Source: Myxococcota bacterium (lineage in GTDB: Bacteria > Myxococcota > JACRCW01). Taken from it: a DNA stretch of 64,000 nucleotides. The stretch covers positions 1-64,000 of the forward strand of contig JBFMGU010000004.1 in NCBI GenBank assembly GCA_040752415.1, in the 5' to 3' direction. The notes under the pieces are model-generated. The model searched no databases. It worked only from the letters and a program-made list of their open reading frames with translations, and was not told the DNA's origin. A program made the position numbers and the translations under genes. Positions 32,695 to 43,378 of this stretch are shown in pieces (position 1 is the stretch's first letter; every line of letters begins with the position of its first letter).

Positions 32695-33300
32695 GCCGGG
32701 TGCTGCACCTCCTGACATGGCGGCAAAGCACTCTTCGTGCTCGGGGTGTTGGCGAGGCGTGGCGTCGGCATAGCGCAGGTCCACGCACGGGTCCGGGAAC
32801 GGGGAGTGGCTCGGCGTAGGGCACCCTGCACCCTATGCGACCATGGTTGCCGTCGTGAGGACGAGACACCTGGGCCACTCGAAGCGCCACTTCATTGAGC
32901 GCTCTTGCCGGGCCTATCACCAACGCACGCCGCGCCCACACGCCCGATGATGCGCACACTCGGCGTCGCGGCTAATCGACGGTTGCCGATTCAGGTCCGC
33001 GACAGGGCTAATCCGTCCCGGTGGCGCGGCCGAACCACCACGCAAGGAAGTTGGCCCGAGCGAAGAGGTGCAACCCCGAAGAGAAACGTGTGCTCCGCCT
33101 GAACAAGAGATTCGTGATGACGTCATGTCGTATTATTGCGTATTATTGCGTCCCGAAACCTGCTGGTGGAGCAGTGCGCGGCGAATCTCGCCCCTAAAGG
33201 GCGGGCACCCCGGAATCGGATGTCCGAAGTGGTCGCCGCGCGGGGCCACGCGTGCGCAGATCTCGAGTGGTGCGCGCGCATACATCAAGGAGGGGCATGG

Positions 33301-34866
33301 ATGCGCCGAATGGACGATGGGGAGAAAGGCATGAGCGTGGTCCCATCCCACACCTCCATCGCGAGCCTCACCCGCGCAAAGCGTGCGCTGATCCTGCTCG
33401 CGGCCTTTGCCGTCCAGCTTTCTGGGATGTGGGCGGGGCACGAGGTCATGGGGGAGGGTGTTGGTGCCCTGGTGGGACTTCCGGTGGCCGCCGCGGTGCT
33501 GCTGTGTGGCTACCGAGCGGGCCTGGTGGCCTTGGTGGTCGCGCCGCTCCTGAGCGCATCGTTCCTGACCGCGAGCGGGTATCCACTCACGCAGCTTGGC
33601 GTCCAACTGCCGGGCCTCTTCGTTGGCTTCATGGTGGTCGTGGGGGTCCACCACATCCAGGCCACCGCGGCGAAGTTGCACGCGAGCAAGGCACGGTTGA
33701 AGGCGGTGTTGGGCTGCTCGCGCGGTGCGGTCTTCGAGTTTGACGAAAACGGGCGCTATCTGAGCGTGTGGACCGACAACGAAGGGGTACTGGCGAAGCC
33801 GCGAGAAGAAGTGGTGGGGAGGACAATCACCGAGCTCATACCCGGTCCCCAGGCCGAGGAGTTCATGGACCTCGTGAGGAAGGCCTTTGAAACCGGCGGC
33901 CCGGTGTCCCTCGAGTACCCGCTCACCGTGATCGGCGGTGACCGCTGGTTTCTCGCGGACGCTTTCCGCCTGCCATCCGACGATGGCTCCGGTGCCACCG
34001 TCGCATGCGTGGTGCGGGACATCACTGAGCGGAAGCGCCTCATGAGCCAGGCCGTGCTCGCGGACCGCGTCGACGGGTTGGGAATGACGGCGGCCTCGGT
34101 CGCGCACGAGCTGAACAACCCCTTGGCCTACATCCACGCGAACATGACCTACGCCATGGAAGAGCTCCGCGCGAGCAGCTCCGCGGACCACGAGCACACC
34201 GAAGTCCTCCAGGCACTGAAGGAGGCCTGCGAGGGTGTTCAGAGGGCGGAGTCCATTGTGCGTGACCTGAGGAACTTCAGCCGGGATGACGTCGTGGCAA
34301 CGGACGTGGACGTGGGCAGCGTCATGGCGACGGCGCTCCGGATGGCGTCCAGGCAGATTCTCGCGCGCGCGACCGTCTCCAGGGACATCAGGGAGGTGCC
34401 GCCCGTGCGCGGGAGCCCCGCCCGCCTGGGCCAGGTGTTCCTCAACCTGCTCACGAATGCGGCACAGGCAATCCCCGAAGGCAACCCGAAGGACCACGAA
34501 GTGGCCGTGCGGATCACTGCCGCAGGGGATTCGGTGCTTGTGGAGGTTCGCGACACCGGGTCGGGCGTCCCGCCGGAGCTGCGACATAGGATCTTTGACC
34601 CCTTCTTCACGACGAAACCCGCGGGAGTGGGCACCGGGCTCGGGCTGTTCGTGTCGGAGCGGATTGTGGAGGAGATGGGCGGGCGCCTGGAGGTGGAGTC
34701 CCCCGGAAGGGGGGCCGTGTTCAGGGTGGTGCTGCCGGTCTGCGGCGACGGCGTGCGGGCCACTGGCGGGGAGGCTGGGAATTCGCAGCATGGGGGGACC
34801 CTGCGTCGGGCCTCCCCAGAGGTACACCACACTGATGTGGACTCGGTGCCGCGAGAGCGCGCTTGA
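33301..34866 (+). CDS. Membrane-anchored PAS histidine kinase
   Basis: N-terminal hydrophobic helices, PAS, AHELNNPL, NLLTNAAQA, FDPFFTTK, GTGLGL; AAGGAGG before ATG 33301. Confidence 0.88.
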   Translation: MRRMDDGEKGMSVVPSHTSIASLTRAKRALILLAAFAVQLSGMWAGHEVMGEGVGALVGLPVAAAVLLCGYRAGLVALVVAPLLSASFLTASGYPLTQLGVQLPGLFVGFMVVVGVHHIQATAAKLHASKARLKAVLGCSRGAVFEFDENGRYLSVWTDNEGVLAKPREEVVGRTITELIPGPQAEEFMDLVRKAFETGGPVSLEYPLTVIGGDRWFLADAFRLPSDDGSGATVACVVRDITERKRLMSQAVLADRVDGLGMTAASVAHELNNPLAYIHANMTYAMEELRASSSADHEHTEVLQALKEACEGVQRAESIVRDLRNFSRDDVVATDVDVGSVMATALRMASRQILARATVSRDIREVPPVRGSPARLGQVFLNLLTNAAQAIPEGNPKDHEVAVRITAAGDSVLVEVRDTGSGVPPELRHRIFDPFFTTKPAGVGTGLGLFVSERIVEEMGGRLEVESPGRGAVFRVVLPVCGDGVRATGGEAGNSQHGGTLRRASPEVHHTDVDSVPRERA

Positions 34867-34929
34867 GTATCTGCTTGGCTCGAGAGTTGTCCGGGTGGAG
34901 CCAGGGGCCACGTCTCAAAGGGGGGGCAG

Positions 34930-36075
34930 ATGACAGCGCAACCTTCCGCCACGGAGGTCCCGTTCTACGGGATAGGCACCACCACCGCGCACGACGCCAG
35001 GCATGCCGTTGATGAGCTCAGGGAGCAGCTCCCAACCCATGACCTTTCCGGCATCCTCTTCTTCTGCTCCTCCCAGTACGACCTCGAGAAACTGGGACGG
35101 GAAATCCAGGGGGCCTTCCCGTGCCCGGTGGTGGGCTGCACAAGCTCAGGGCAGATTGGGCCCAAGGGCTTCCAGAAATGTGGCATCGCCGCCCTGGGCT
35201 TTCGCCGGAACGTGGTGCAACTGGAGCCGCACCTCATCTCTCCGCTTGGCGCTTGTGAGGACCTGGTTGTTCCGCTGGCCAGCAAGGTGGCCCCTGCCCA
35301 GACGGGCGCGCGCGTGTTTGGACTGATTCTCGTCGACGGTCTTGCCCTGATGGAGGAGCGTCTGGCCGCCGCGCTCTATCGGTCCGTGGGGGATGTCCCG
35401 ATCATCGGCGGATCCGCGGGCGATGACCTGAAGTTCGAGCGCACCGCGGTCTACCACGAGGGCCGTTTCCAGTCCGACGCGGCGCTGTTCGTGGTGTGTC
35501 GGACGGCGCGGCGTTTCACGGCGTTCAAGCTCCAGCACTTCATCCCGTCGGAGACGCTGCTGGTGATCACGGCCGCGGAGCCCCGGACCCGCACGGTGAA
35601 GGAGATCAACGGCGAGCCCGCGGTGCGAGCCTATTCCCGCGCCATCGGGGTGCAGGTGAGCGAGCTGGATGCCAACGTGTTCTCGGCCCATCCCCTCGTG
35701 CTGGAGCTTGGGGGTGACGCGTATGTGCGGTCCATTGCACGCGCGAACGCCGACGGAAGCCTGACCATGTTCTGCGCCATTGATGAGGGCCTGGTGCTCT
35801 CGGCGGCAAGGTCCCTGGACCCGGCGAAGTGCTTTGAGCGCGCCCTGGACAACGTGGCACACCAGATCGGCCCGCCGGAGCTCGTGATCGGGTGTGACTG
35901 CATCCTTCGTCGCCTGGAGCTGGAGCACAGGGGGCTTGACGGTCAGCTTGGGCAGCTCCTTTCCCGTCACAGGGTTTTCGGATTCTCGACCTATGGAGAA
36001 CAATTCAACGCCGTCCACGTGAACCAGACTTTCACCGGCGTGGCGTTGGGAGCGGATGATGCGCGGGCGAAATGA
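34930..36075 (+). CDS. nosP: FIST-domain sensor, NosP-like
   Basis: FFCSSQYDL, VGCTSSGQI, DGL, GGSAGDDL, EINGEPA, DCILRRLE, GFSTYGEQFNAVHVNQTFTG. Confidence 0.8.
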   Translation: MTAQPSATEVPFYGIGTTTAHDARHAVDELREQLPTHDLSGILFFCSSQYDLEKLGREIQGAFPCPVVGCTSSGQIGPKGFQKCGIAALGFRRNVVQLEPHLISPLGACEDLVVPLASKVAPAQTGARVFGLILVDGLALMEERLAAALYRSVGDVPIIGGSAGDDLKFERTAVYHEGRFQSDAALFVVCRTARRFTAFKLQHFIPSETLLVITAAEPRTRTVKEINGEPAVRAYSRAIGVQVSELDANVFSAHPLVLELGGDAYVRSIARANADGSLTMFCAIDEGLVLSAARSLDPAKCFERALDNVAHQIGPPELVIGCDCILRRLELEHRGLDGQLGQLLSRHRVFGFSTYGEQFNAVHVNQTFTGVALGADDARAK

Positions 36076-37132
36076 CAGGGTGATGGACCTGGAAGAGCAG
36101 CTGCGCGCGGCGCACAAGACGCTGGACGCGTTGATCCGACGCAACCTGCGTGAACAGGTCGACGGCACCTTCCAGGTCCTGGAGCAGAACACCGCGCTGC
36201 AGCGCGTGGTGGCGCGGAAGACGATGGAGCTGGAGGAGCAACGCGCGAAACTGGCCGACGCGCTCGAGGAGCTGAAACGAACCCAGTCGCGGTTGCTCCA
36301 TTCACAGAAGATGGAGGCGGTGGGCCAGCTGGCGGCAGGGGTTGCGCACGAAATCAACACTCCGGCGCAGTTTGTCAGCGACAACGTCCATTACCTGCGC
36401 ACCGCGTTCGCTGACATCATTCCGGTGCTGGACGCGCTGACCAACGTCATGTGCGACGCGCGCCAGGGCCGCGTCCTCCCCGAGACCCTGCGCCGCGCGG
36501 AGGAGGCGTTGCGCGTGGCAGGAATCGAGTCATTGCTCACCGAGATCCCGGACGCGCTGGACCAGTGCGTGGAGGGGCTCAGCCGCATCTCGTCGATTGT
36601 CCGGGCCATGAAAGGGCTCTCCCACTCCCAGGGCCGCAAGGAGCACGTCAATGTCCATGACGTGATCACCTCCACCGTTGCCATCACGCGGAACGAGTGG
36701 AAGTACGTTGCTGACGTGGAGCTGGACCTGCACCACGCGATGCCCCTGGTCCCCGCTGCGCCGGTGGAGCTCAACCAGGTCCTCCTCAACCTCGTGGTCA
36801 ACGCGGCGCATGCCGTGTCCGACGCGACGGACCGCGGAACGAATGGGAAGGGACTGATCACCATCAAGACCCTGGTCCACTCCGACGTCGCGGAGATCCG
36901 TGTGCAGGACACCGGCACCGGGATCCCGGAGTCCATTCGCGGACGCATCTTCGAGCCGTTCTTCACCACCAAGGCCGTGGGGCAGGGCACCGGGCAGGGG
37001 CTGGCCATCGCGTACGCCATCGTCGTCAAGAACCATGGGGGGCACATCACGTTTGAGACCGAGGTTGGACGAGGCACCACGTTCATCGTCCAGTTGCCAC
37101 TTACCGCGGCGCCTGAAGCGAAGACTTCGTGA
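36056..37132 (+). CDS. Cytoplasmic histidine kinase with N-terminal coiled coil
   Basis: [43 protein letters not shown]; the start may be 36083. Confidence 0.9.
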   Translation: MMRGRNDRVMDLEEQLRAAHKTLDALIRRNLREQVDGTFQVLEQNTALQRVVARKTMELEEQRAKLADALEELKRTQSRLLHSQKMEAVGQLAAGVAHEINTPAQFVSDNVHYLRTAFADIIPVLDALTNVMCDARQGRVLPETLRRAEEALRVAGIESLLTEIPDALDQCVEGLSRISSIVRAMKGLSHSQGRKEHVNVHDVITSTVAITRNEWKYVADVELDLHHAMPLVPAAPVELNQVLLNLVVNAAHAVSDATDRGTNGKGLITIKTLVHSDVAEIRVQDTGTGIPESIRGRIFEPFFTTKAVGQGTGQGLAIAYAIVVKNHGGHITFETEVGRGTTFIVQLPLTAAPEAKTS

Positions 37133-37329
37133 CACCCTGGGGCGTGCTGGGGAACCGGGCACGGTTCGTGACGCCAGGTGACGTGGCCTGCAGCGCTCCC
37201 TGGGTGACTGCCGCGCTCCCGGGGTGCGCGAAAAGGCGACGCCCTGGCCAGAGGTGCGACGCTGCCGCCCATGGTGGCGGGTCATCCCCTGAGCGGGCGG
37301 CGGAAACCCGTGCGCAACATCAGAAACCC

Positions 37330-37360
37330 ATTGAACGCGGAAAAGAGCGTTCAATATGAT
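37330..37360 (+). promoter_or_regulatory. Putative sigma70-type promoter overlapped by a 9-8-9 palindromic operator
   Basis: ATTGAACGC-GGAAAAGA-GCGTTCAAT (37330-37355); TTGAAC-N18-TATGAT (37331-37360); about 30 nt before ATG 37389. Confidence 0.55.
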
Positions 37361-37388
37361 GTCCGCGGGACGGGGGGAGCAGGTGCCG

Positions 37389-37604
37389 ATGAGCAAGCTC
37401 CACACGATCACCCGATACGTCGAGGAGAAGCGGACGTCCTTCACGGTGTCGCGTCTGATCATGATGACGGGCGTCAAGCTGCGGGAGTACACGCCCAGCA
37501 GTCTTGACGACGTCAACGCGCTGAAGAAGGTTGAGCAGGCATTGCCCGCGTTGCTTGAACCGCGGGAGCTCGAAGAGCTCAAGCACCTCTTGCTGAAGGC
37601 ATGA
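37389..37604 (+). CDS. Small hypothetical helical protein (71 aa)
   Basis: G-rich RBS, GC-rich codon usage, 22 nt upstream of the FIST gene. Confidence 0.65.
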   Translation: MSKLHTITRYVEEKRTSFTVSRLIMMTGVKLREYTPSSLDDVNALKKVEQALPALLEPRELEELKHLLLKA

Positions 37605-37626
37605 CGCAGAAACCGGAGAAGACACG

Positions 37627-38817
37627 ATGACCAACCTGATTGCTGGGATGGGTACTTCCACGTCTGCCAACACCGCTTCCGCCGTGGGGGAAGCCGTGGC
37701 CCAGGCGCTCAAGGGCATGAACGGTCACGCGGCCCAGCTCGCGTTCGTGACCTGCACCGTCGAGCACAAGGCCGAGGAGGTCCACCGGGCCGTGCGCGAG
37801 AAGTTGAAGGACGTGCCGGTGCACGGCATCACCACGTCGCTCGGCGTGTTGGGAACCCACGGCGTGGCCAGCGGAGGGCACGGCGCGGTGGGCATCCTGC
37901 TGTTCGCCGGGGTTGACGGCGTGACGGTGGGGGCGGGGCACGCTCGGATCGACGGGGATGGACGTGCGGCGGGTCGCAAGGCGGCGGAGATGCTGTTGGC
38001 GCGCACGGGAGGCGCACGGCCGGCGGTGGTGTTGTTCAACGCGTCGCCGGGCCTGGAAGAGGACGTCCTGGCCGGGGTGGCGGAAGTGCTTCCCGACGTT
38101 CCGGTGCACGGCGGCAGCGCCGCGGACAACGCCATTGCCGGTGAGTGGAGTGTGTTCACCTCGGAGGGGCCCATCTCCAACGGCGTGTCCCTGGCGGGAA
38201 TCTGCGGTCCCGTGCGCAAGGGTGCGAGCTTCCTGGCACCGTTCACTGTGACCGAGAAGAAGCTGAAGGTCACCAGCACCGCGGGACGCACCATCGAGAG
38301 CCTGGACGGCCGCCCTGCAGGGGTGGTGCTGGGCGAGCTGCTGGGCGACGCCATCCGGTTCCAGGTTGCGGAAGGCGGGAACGTGCTGGCGCAGACGTCG
38401 CTGCACCCCCTGGGACTCCAGAAGTCCGACGCGCACTACCTGACGCTGCATCCCGCCCACATCCACGCGGGCGACAAGAAGCTGGATGTGTTTGCGCGGG
38501 TGTCCGCGGGAGACCAGCTGTGCCTCATGCAGGGAAGCGAGGATGGGCTGCTGGAGGCGTTGTCGCTCCTGGTGGACAGCGCGCTCTCCGACGGCGGAAT
38601 GAAAGGCAGCGACGTCAAGGCTGGCGTGCTCATCTACTGCGCAGGCTGCGCAGGGACCGTGGGCGGAAAGCTGGGCGACGCGCTGAAGCAGCACCTGGCC
38701 CCGCGGCTGGGCGGTGCGCCGGTTCTCGGGTTGTGCACGTTTGGTGAGCAGGGCAACGTGCGCGGCGTGGGGAACATCCACCAGAACCTCACGTTGGGAC
38801 TCCTGCTGCTCGGGTGA
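37627..38817 (+). CDS. Stand-alone FIST-domain protein
   Basis: GGSAAD, SLDGRPA, IYCAGC, GLCTFGEQG...HQNL. Confidence 0.85.
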   Translation: MTNLIAGMGTSTSANTASAVGEAVAQALKGMNGHAAQLAFVTCTVEHKAEEVHRAVREKLKDVPVHGITTSLGVLGTHGVASGGHGAVGILLFAGVDGVTVGAGHARIDGDGRAAGRKAAEMLLARTGGARPAVVLFNASPGLEEDVLAGVAEVLPDVPVHGGSAADNAIAGEWSVFTSEGPISNGVSLAGICGPVRKGASFLAPFTVTEKKLKVTSTAGRTIESLDGRPAGVVLGELLGDAIRFQVAEGGNVLAQTSLHPLGLQKSDAHYLTLHPAHIHAGDKKLDVFARVSAGDQLCLMQGSEDGLLEALSLLVDSALSDGGMKGSDVKAGVLIYCAGCAGTVGGKLGDALKQHLAPRLGGAPVLGLCTFGEQGNVRGVGNIHQNLTLGLLLLG

Positions 38818-38856
38818 CGTCGGGGCACCCGCGGAGAGCCCGCGTGGTGGAGCCCG

Positions 38857-40122
38857 TCATGACCGCGCGGGTCGCGCGTGGACCGCCGCCTGCCAGCTCC
38901 GGTCGGGAGACCGCATTGCGGCTTCAACCACGTCGCCGTCCAGGCGCTGATTCCGGACGTCCTCCCACAACATGGAAACGACCCGGTCTGGCGGAAGCGA
39001 GGGACGGTAGGGACGATCCTGCGCGAGCGCCTGGAACACGTCCGCCACGCTGATGATCCTGGCCTCCAGCGGTAGCTCCGCCGGCGCACCCTCGAACGCG
39101 TAGCCGCTGCCATTCAGCCCCGCGTGGTGGAGCCCGGCCCAGACCGCGATCTCGCTGAACCCGTCGATGCGGGAGAGCAGCGCGTGGGTATCCGTGGGGT
39201 GACGCTCCACCAACGCACGCTCCCGCTCGTCCAGCGGACCGGGTTTGTCCAGGAGCTTGTCAGGGACCTTGAGCTTGCCAATGTCATGGAGGAGCGCCGC
39301 CACCTCCAGCCGGAACCGACGCTCCGCGGGCAAGCGCAACTCTCCCGCCAGCAGCAGCGAGAGGCGGGCAACACCGTCGGAATGCTCGGCGGTGAAGTGA
39401 CTCTTGGCGTCCACCACGTGCGCAAACAGGCGCGCCAACTGCCGCACCTCCAGCGTGCCAATGGGACAGGCCTCCTGAGCCAGCCACGCGGACCACCACG
39501 CGCGCAACGCGTCCGGCGTCTGGCCGTCCCAGAATGCCGGCGTCGCAATGTCGTGCAATGCGTCGACAAGCCCTGGCGCGAACAGGTCCCCGCGGTGTCG
39601 ACGGAGGGCGTGGAGCACCAGGCTCTCGTCGCCATGCATCCCGCTTTCACGCAACGTGACACGCAGCGCGTCCACGCGGTCGCAGAGGAAGAGGGCGTTG
39701 GCGAGCAGCGCGTCCTCCCCGCTCAACTGCGCGCGCTCAAGAACTGCCCAGGGCGTGTGGTGATGCAGGACCAGCGGAGCAAGGTTCTCCAGCGCCGGCA
39801 CGCCGGCAACCAGTCGCGCGCCCCGCTCGCAGTGGTCGTCAGAGGTTGAGTGGAGCCCGCTGGCCAGCAGTCCACGTCGCTGCGACGACGACGACACGCC
39901 GCAGTCATGCAGGAGTCCCGCCCGCGCCAATCGCTCCCGGGCGTGCGGCCCCAGGCCAGCCGGGCCTGCAAGCTGCATCACCATGAAGGCCACGCGTTGG
40001 CCGTGGTGTGTGTCATCAACGCCCACGCAGTCGAGCGCTTCGGTCAGCGTGAGCACCGCCTGCCGCAGATCGGCAACAACGGCGGGACGGGCAATGGGCA
40101 GAGGCAAGTGAGGCGCGACCAT
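38857..40122 (-). CDS. Tandem HD / HD-GYP domain phosphohydrolase
   Basis: LLHDCG, then AEHSDGV, LLHDIGK, HHAGLNGSGYA, ADVFQAL, QDRPYR. Confidence 0.88.
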   Translation of the reverse strand: MVAPHLPLPIARPAVVADLRQAVLTLTEALDCVGVDDTHHGQRVAFMVMQLAGPAGLGPHARERLARAGLLHDCGVSSSSQRRGLLASGLHSTSDDHCERGARLVAGVPALENLAPLVLHHHTPWAVLERAQLSGEDALLANALFLCDRVDALRVTLRESGMHGDESLVLHALRRHRGDLFAPGLVDALHDIATPAFWDGQTPDALRAWWSAWLAQEACPIGTLEVRQLARLFAHVVDAKSHFTAEHSDGVARLSLLLAGELRLPAERRFRLEVAALLHDIGKLKVPDKLLDKPGPLDERERALVERHPTDTHALLSRIDGFSEIAVWAGLHHAGLNGSGYAFEGAPAELPLEARIISVADVFQALAQDRPYRPSLPPDRVVSMLWEDVRNQRLDGDVVEAAMRSPDRSWQAAVHARPARS

Positions 40123-40495
40123 GGTTCAACCCGACGAGTTGCACGCGACACGCCAAACGCGGGAGCGGATTCCCAGAGCGAACGGCGGGTTGCGCTTGAC
40201 GGCACCGGCGCACACTTCTCGTCGTGCGCGACACACCGGCAATGTTGTCCGGGATTCAACGAACACGAAGCGCAGAAGCTGCGCGATGGGTCCTCCGGGA
40301 ATGCGCGCACGTACCGCTTGACAGTGACGGCACACCGGGCAGCAGCGCGGAGCGTGGATGCCAACGCAGCCTGCAACGAGGCCGACGGGCCCGCTGGCCG
40401 AGTCCGCGCTCGAGGGGCGGCCGCGTTCCGACGACGACGGTTTCCTTGGCCGGCGGAGTGGCGATGCGTATCTCCGTCAAGAGGGAGGGACCAGG

Positions 40496-41722
40496 GTGCG
40501 GCCCTTCATTGGCGTGGGAAAGAGCAACCGGCGGGACCCGCGTGAGGCCGGCCGGGAGGCTGCAGGAATGGCCGTGGCGGGGGCGCCACCGGACGGCATT
40601 GGTCTTGTCCTGGTGCACTCCACCGTGGGCTATGAGCAGGGTGCGCTCCTGGACGGCGTGGTTGACGTCACGGGAAAGGCGCCGCTCTCCGGCTGCTCCA
40701 GCTCCGGCGTCATCACCAGGGCTGGCTCGGACGAATCTGATCACGCTGTCGCGGTCATGGTCATGGGTTCGGATCGCCTTCGCTTCGAGACGGTCCAGGT
40801 GGGCGCGTTCTCCGAGGACCCCCAGCGTTGCGGACGGGACCTTGCTCAGCGCCTTGCCCGCAGTCTTCAGCGGACTCGCGCCGACGAGCACCGGGTGCTG
40901 ATGATCTTCCCCGACGGGACGGCCGGCAACGTCCGCGAGCTCCTCCGCAACCTGGAAGGGACGCTCCAGGTTCCACTGCTGATGGCCGGCGGGACCGCGG
41001 GTGAGATGCTCCAGATGGGGCCCACCTACCAGTTCCACGACGGTCGCGTGGCGTCCAATGCTGTCTCCGCCGTGCTCATCACCGGCGACTTCCTTCCGGA
41101 GGTCTCCGTCAACCAATGCTGCGACCCCGTGGGCATTGAGCACACCATCACACGCGCCAAGGACTGCTGGGTGCTGGAGATTGACGACAAGCCCGCGTGG
41201 GAGACCTACCGGGAGTACCTGGACACGCAGGACGCGTCCTCCCTGACGATGTCCGACTTTTGTTACATCAGTCTCGCCGAGCGGCTGGATGAGCCCGACC
41301 CGGAATACGGCGAGTTCCTGGTGCGCTCGCCGTTGAAAGCGGACCCGGCCACTGGCGCGCTCTTCTTCCCCGCAGACATCCGCACCGGCGCCCGGGTGCG
41401 GGTGGCGCTGCGCCGGCCGGAGGAGGTTGTTGCCCGGTCGCTTGCGTGCGCGCGGAACATGCTGGCGCGACATCCATCCCGCCATCCCGACGTGGTCCTC
41501 CAGTTCAACTGCAGCTTCCGCGCGGGTCTGCTCTTTGGCCGGCACACCACGGAGCGGTCCATCACGCCGTTGCAGCGGGAGTTTGGCGACGACGTGGCCT
41601 GGTTCGGGTTCAACAGCTACGGCGAGATTGCACCGTTGGCCCATGGTCCAACCCGCATCCACAATTACTCGGCGGTCCTATGCGCTCTCTACGTGGAGCC
41701 GGGAGGGAGTGTGGGATGCTGA
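40496..41722 (+). CDS. FIST-domain protein
   Basis: SGCSSSGVI, FPDG, GGTAG, EIDDKPA, NCSFR, GFNSYGEIAP...HNYS; GAGGGAGG before GTG 40496. Confidence 0.85.
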   Translation: MRPFIGVGKSNRRDPREAGREAAGMAVAGAPPDGIGLVLVHSTVGYEQGALLDGVVDVTGKAPLSGCSSSGVITRAGSDESDHAVAVMVMGSDRLRFETVQVGAFSEDPQRCGRDLAQRLARSLQRTRADEHRVLMIFPDGTAGNVRELLRNLEGTLQVPLLMAGGTAGEMLQMGPTYQFHDGRVASNAVSAVLITGDFLPEVSVNQCCDPVGIEHTITRAKDCWVLEIDDKPAWETYREYLDTQDASSLTMSDFCYISLAERLDEPDPEYGEFLVRSPLKADPATGALFFPADIRTGARVRVALRRPEEVVARSLACARNMLARHPSRHPDVVLQFNCSFRAGLLFGRHTTERSITPLQREFGDDVAWFGFNSYGEIAPLAHGPTRIHNYSAVLCALYVEPGGSVGC

Positions 41723-43083
41723 GCGTCGGGAGTGATGGTCGGAACGACGACCCCCTGAGGAGAGAGGTGCTCTCCCTCAATGAGCAGGTCAAGCAGCTTG
41801 TCCGGACCGAGCATCGTCTCTCCCTGTGGCAGCAACGCCTTGATGGTCAGCTCGAGCGGGTGGAGGCGCTGAACCGCCTGTCCCTCCAGGCCGGAGAAGC
41901 CACCGAGCCCGCCACGATCCTGGTGCTGGCGTTGGATGCCATGCTCGCGCTCTTCTCGTATGAGCAGGCGATTGCGTTCCTGCGGCAGGGAGAAGCCTAC
42001 GTGGCGGTGGCGCGTCGCAATTTCCTCTCCGACGGCGACGGAACGACGAGAAACGACCCCGCACCGGTCTCTTCACCGCCAACCCCGCAGGACATCCATG
42101 AGCCGCTCCTGGACGAGGATGCCCCGTGGCTGAAGCCATTCCACGCCGCATGGGCTGCCTCGTTGCTGCGCGGTGAGGACGGGAGTGGCGGGCCGTGCCT
42201 GGCGCTGCCGGTGTCGTCGGACAGGATGCTGGCGTTGCTGCTGTTCCGGCGGGGGCAGCACCTCACGTCTCCGCTGGAGGTCCTGCCCCAACGCGACGAC
42301 CTCCCGTTCCTGCGGTTGTTCGGCGCCCACGTTGCCGGAGCACTCCGGAATCTCCTGCTGTACCGGGAAGCGCAGGAGGCCATCCGCTTCCGCGACGAGT
42401 TCCTCATGCTGGCGTCCCACGAGCTGAAGACACCGCTGACAACCAGCCTCCTGCTCTTCCAGTCGCTGCGCAAGCATGACCGCCTCCAGTGCATGAGCGC
42501 CGCCAATGCGGAGTCCCTGGAGCGCCAGATTCTCCGGCTCAACGCGCTGGTGGAGCAGCTGCTCGACGTTTCTCGCATCAGGCATGGTCGGTTTGCTCCG
42601 CGACGCAAGGACGCGGACCTGGTCCAGCTGACCCGTGAAGTGATCTGGCGGTTCAGGTTCGACGCCGAGCAGAAGGGCTCAAGCGTTTCCTTGTCAGCCC
42701 CCGCGTCCGTGGTGGTCAGCGCGGATGCAGCGCAGATTGACCAGGTCCTTGCGAACCTGTTGTCGAATGCCATCAAGTTCGGGGAAGGACGTCCCATCCA
42801 GGTGAACGTCGACGTCTTGCCGGAACGTGCCCAGGTGCGCGTGCATGACAGCGGCATTGGGATCCCCGCGGCAGACCAGGCCCGGGTGTTCCAGTGTTTT
42901 GAGCGCGCGGTGTCCCTCAAGAACTTCGGCGGATTGGGCCTGGGGCTATACATCTCGAAGCGGATAGCCGAGGCGCACGGGGGCGGGATCGGCGTGGAGA
43001 GTTCCGTGGAGAGTGGCACCACCTTCACGCTCTGGCTGCCACGCCAACCCACGATCTGCCCGGGGCCTGACCTCGTGCACTGA
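41716..43083 (+). CDS. GAF-like domain histidine kinase
   Basis: Overlaps the FIST stop; ASHELKTPL, NLLSNAIKF, DSGIG, GGLGLGL. Confidence 0.88.
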   Translation: MLSVGSDGRNDDPLRREVLSLNEQVKQLVRTEHRLSLWQQRLDGQLERVEALNRLSLQAGEATEPATILVLALDAMLALFSYEQAIAFLRQGEAYVAVARRNFLSDGDGTTRNDPAPVSSPPTPQDIHEPLLDEDAPWLKPFHAAWAASLLRGEDGSGGPCLALPVSSDRMLALLLFRRGQHLTSPLEVLPQRDDLPFLRLFGAHVAGALRNLLLYREAQEAIRFRDEFLMLASHELKTPLTTSLLLFQSLRKHDRLQCMSAANAESLERQILRLNALVEQLLDVSRIRHGRFAPRRKDADLVQLTREVIWRFRFDAEQKGSSVSLSAPASVVVSADAAQIDQVLANLLSNAIKFGEGRPIQVNVDVLPERAQVRVHDSGIGIPAADQARVFQCFERAVSLKNFGGLGLGLYISKRIAEAHGGGIGVESSVESGTTFTLWLPRQPTICPGPDLVH

Positions 43084-43127
43084 GGCGGTGTCGGCAGGAA
43101 GCGTGATTGGGAGCAGCGACGGTAAGG

Positions 43128-43378
43128 GGCTGCGTCAGGACAGGTTGCCCATCTGGTCATGACCACCTCCAGCGGACCACGACCTGGAGTGCGGCGGGCC
43201 CTCGCCGCCCTGGTCAGGGTCGAGCGGTTTGGACGACCGTCAAGGGTCCACGCGCCATGAGGCAGAGCCTCGCCCGACGTCATTGAGCCCCAGGGCTGGT
43301 CGGCCCGTTGTGAACAGGCTCGGCGCTGACCAGGGCGGCGAGGGCCCGCCGCACTCCAGGTCGTGGTCCCGACGCAGC
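43128..43378. mobile_element. MITE/REPIN-like inverted-repeat element (family A, second copy)
   Basis: Left end GGCTGCGTCAGGACAGGTTGCCCATC aligns with 10882; 52-bp arms 43174-43225 and 43318-43369; right end GACGCAGC after an apparent deletion in the right arm. Confidence 0.72.
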
